64,000 nt of DNA from Callorhinchus milii (lineage: Eukaryota), in contig NW_024704742.1 of the NCBI RefSeq assembly GCF_018977255.1, positions 95,172,001 through 95,236,000 of the forward strand, written 5' to 3'. Shown here one piece after another: positions 63,075 through 64,000 of the stretch. Numbering within the stretch: position 1 is the first letter of the stretch; every line of letters starts with the position of its first letter. The translations under genes and the position numbers were made by a program. Under the pieces are notes generated by a model. That model ran no database searches. It was not told the DNA's origin and was given only the letters and a program-made list of their open reading frames with translations.

Positions 63075-63575
63075 AATTGTATTTATATGCACTTGTCACT
63101 TTGGGAGGTCATTGGGAGAGTTGGATAGTGAAATGTTTGGACCTGAGCTCGGGGATGGAATCGAGAGGAGTGAAGGGCAATGAGGGTGGGGTGGGAAGAT
63201 CACCAAAGGCACGGTCGAAAAGGACGATCTTGAGATGGGCTTTGAAGGAGGGAAGGGAGAGGTCGAGGAGGAGGTCCGGGATGGAGTTCCAGAGGACGGA
63301 GGCAGAAAGGCTGAAGGCCCCACCATTGATGGTGGAGGGGGCAGGGCATGGAGCAGGGCAGTGCCTGCCGAGCGGAGGAAGCGAACAGTTAAATAACCTT
63401 CTCGTAGGTTGCAGAGGTAGGGAGGAGCAAGACCATGGAGGGCTTTAAAGGTGAGGATGAGGATCTTGAACTCAATCCTCTGAAGGATGGAGAGTCAGTG
63501 AAGCCAGGCGAGGATGGGGGTAATTGGGTCACAGAGCTTAGTGCCGGAGAGGACACAAGCTGCAGAGTTCTGAAT
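63075..63575 (-). mobile_element. L2 LINE 3' fragment
   Basis: Similar to 36461-37000 and 40590-41205. Confidence 0.75.
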
Positions 63576-64000
63576 AAATGCAAGTTGTTGTTGTTGATCT
63601 TACATTGAACCACAGTTACAGGTCTGCTTTGATGCAAAAATATTCAGGAATAACCAGGAATACTTGGAAAAGCTTTTTTGTTCCTTTAGTTTCTGGTTAC
63701 TATTATGACTAATAATAATTCTAGCTCATTCATTAATCATTAGATCACAAATTATCTTCTTTCAACCCTCCCCACTCCAGAAACGGGATTATCTAACTAA
63801 TGGGGGTGGGTGTTCTGAGAAGAATGTAGAGATAATGTTCCTTTTGTTTTAAGATCACTTTGTCCTTTGCATTTTTTTAACTTTTGTTTGGTTAATGATA
63901 AATTTGAGGTGACTTGATGTCTTCCTCTGCCGGACTCACCGTGACACTCGGTGTTGGCTGTCCAGCAGCAGCCACACTGACTACTCCCCCCTCCTAGCTT

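Overview
Vertebrate genomic DNA, most likely from a cartilaginous fish (chimaera/shark); this is inferred from the repeat families and protein divergence. The window holds the conserved RMI1 - HNRNPK(miR-7) - C9orf64/QNG1 - KIF27 block. RMI1 is on the - strand with a single coding exon (638 aa) and is head-to-head with HNRNPK across a CpG island. HNRNPK is on + with 13 coding exons (417 aa by my splice reconstruction) and carries pre-miR-7 (miR-7-1 type) in its last intron. QNG1 (+, 4 coding exons, 340 aa) and the first 8 coding exons of KIF27 (+, runs off the window) follow. The rest is retroelement-derived: CR1 and L2 LINE fragments, a young tRNA-derived Deu-type SINE sharing its 3' tail with the L2, small TIR elements and two promoter-proximal minisatellites. 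I found no wholly new gene system. The most notable items are RNA-level features: a 271-nt AG-free, UGCC/CCCA-rich distant-branch-point acceptor in HNRNPK; a GC 5' splice site on the miR-7 host intron; a perfect-TIR MITE next to pre-miR-7; a second GC-AG intron in QNG1; a decayed minimal hammerhead ribozyme; and a G-quadruplex-prone minisatellite at KIF27. All coordinates were read by eye and repeat boundaries are approximate.
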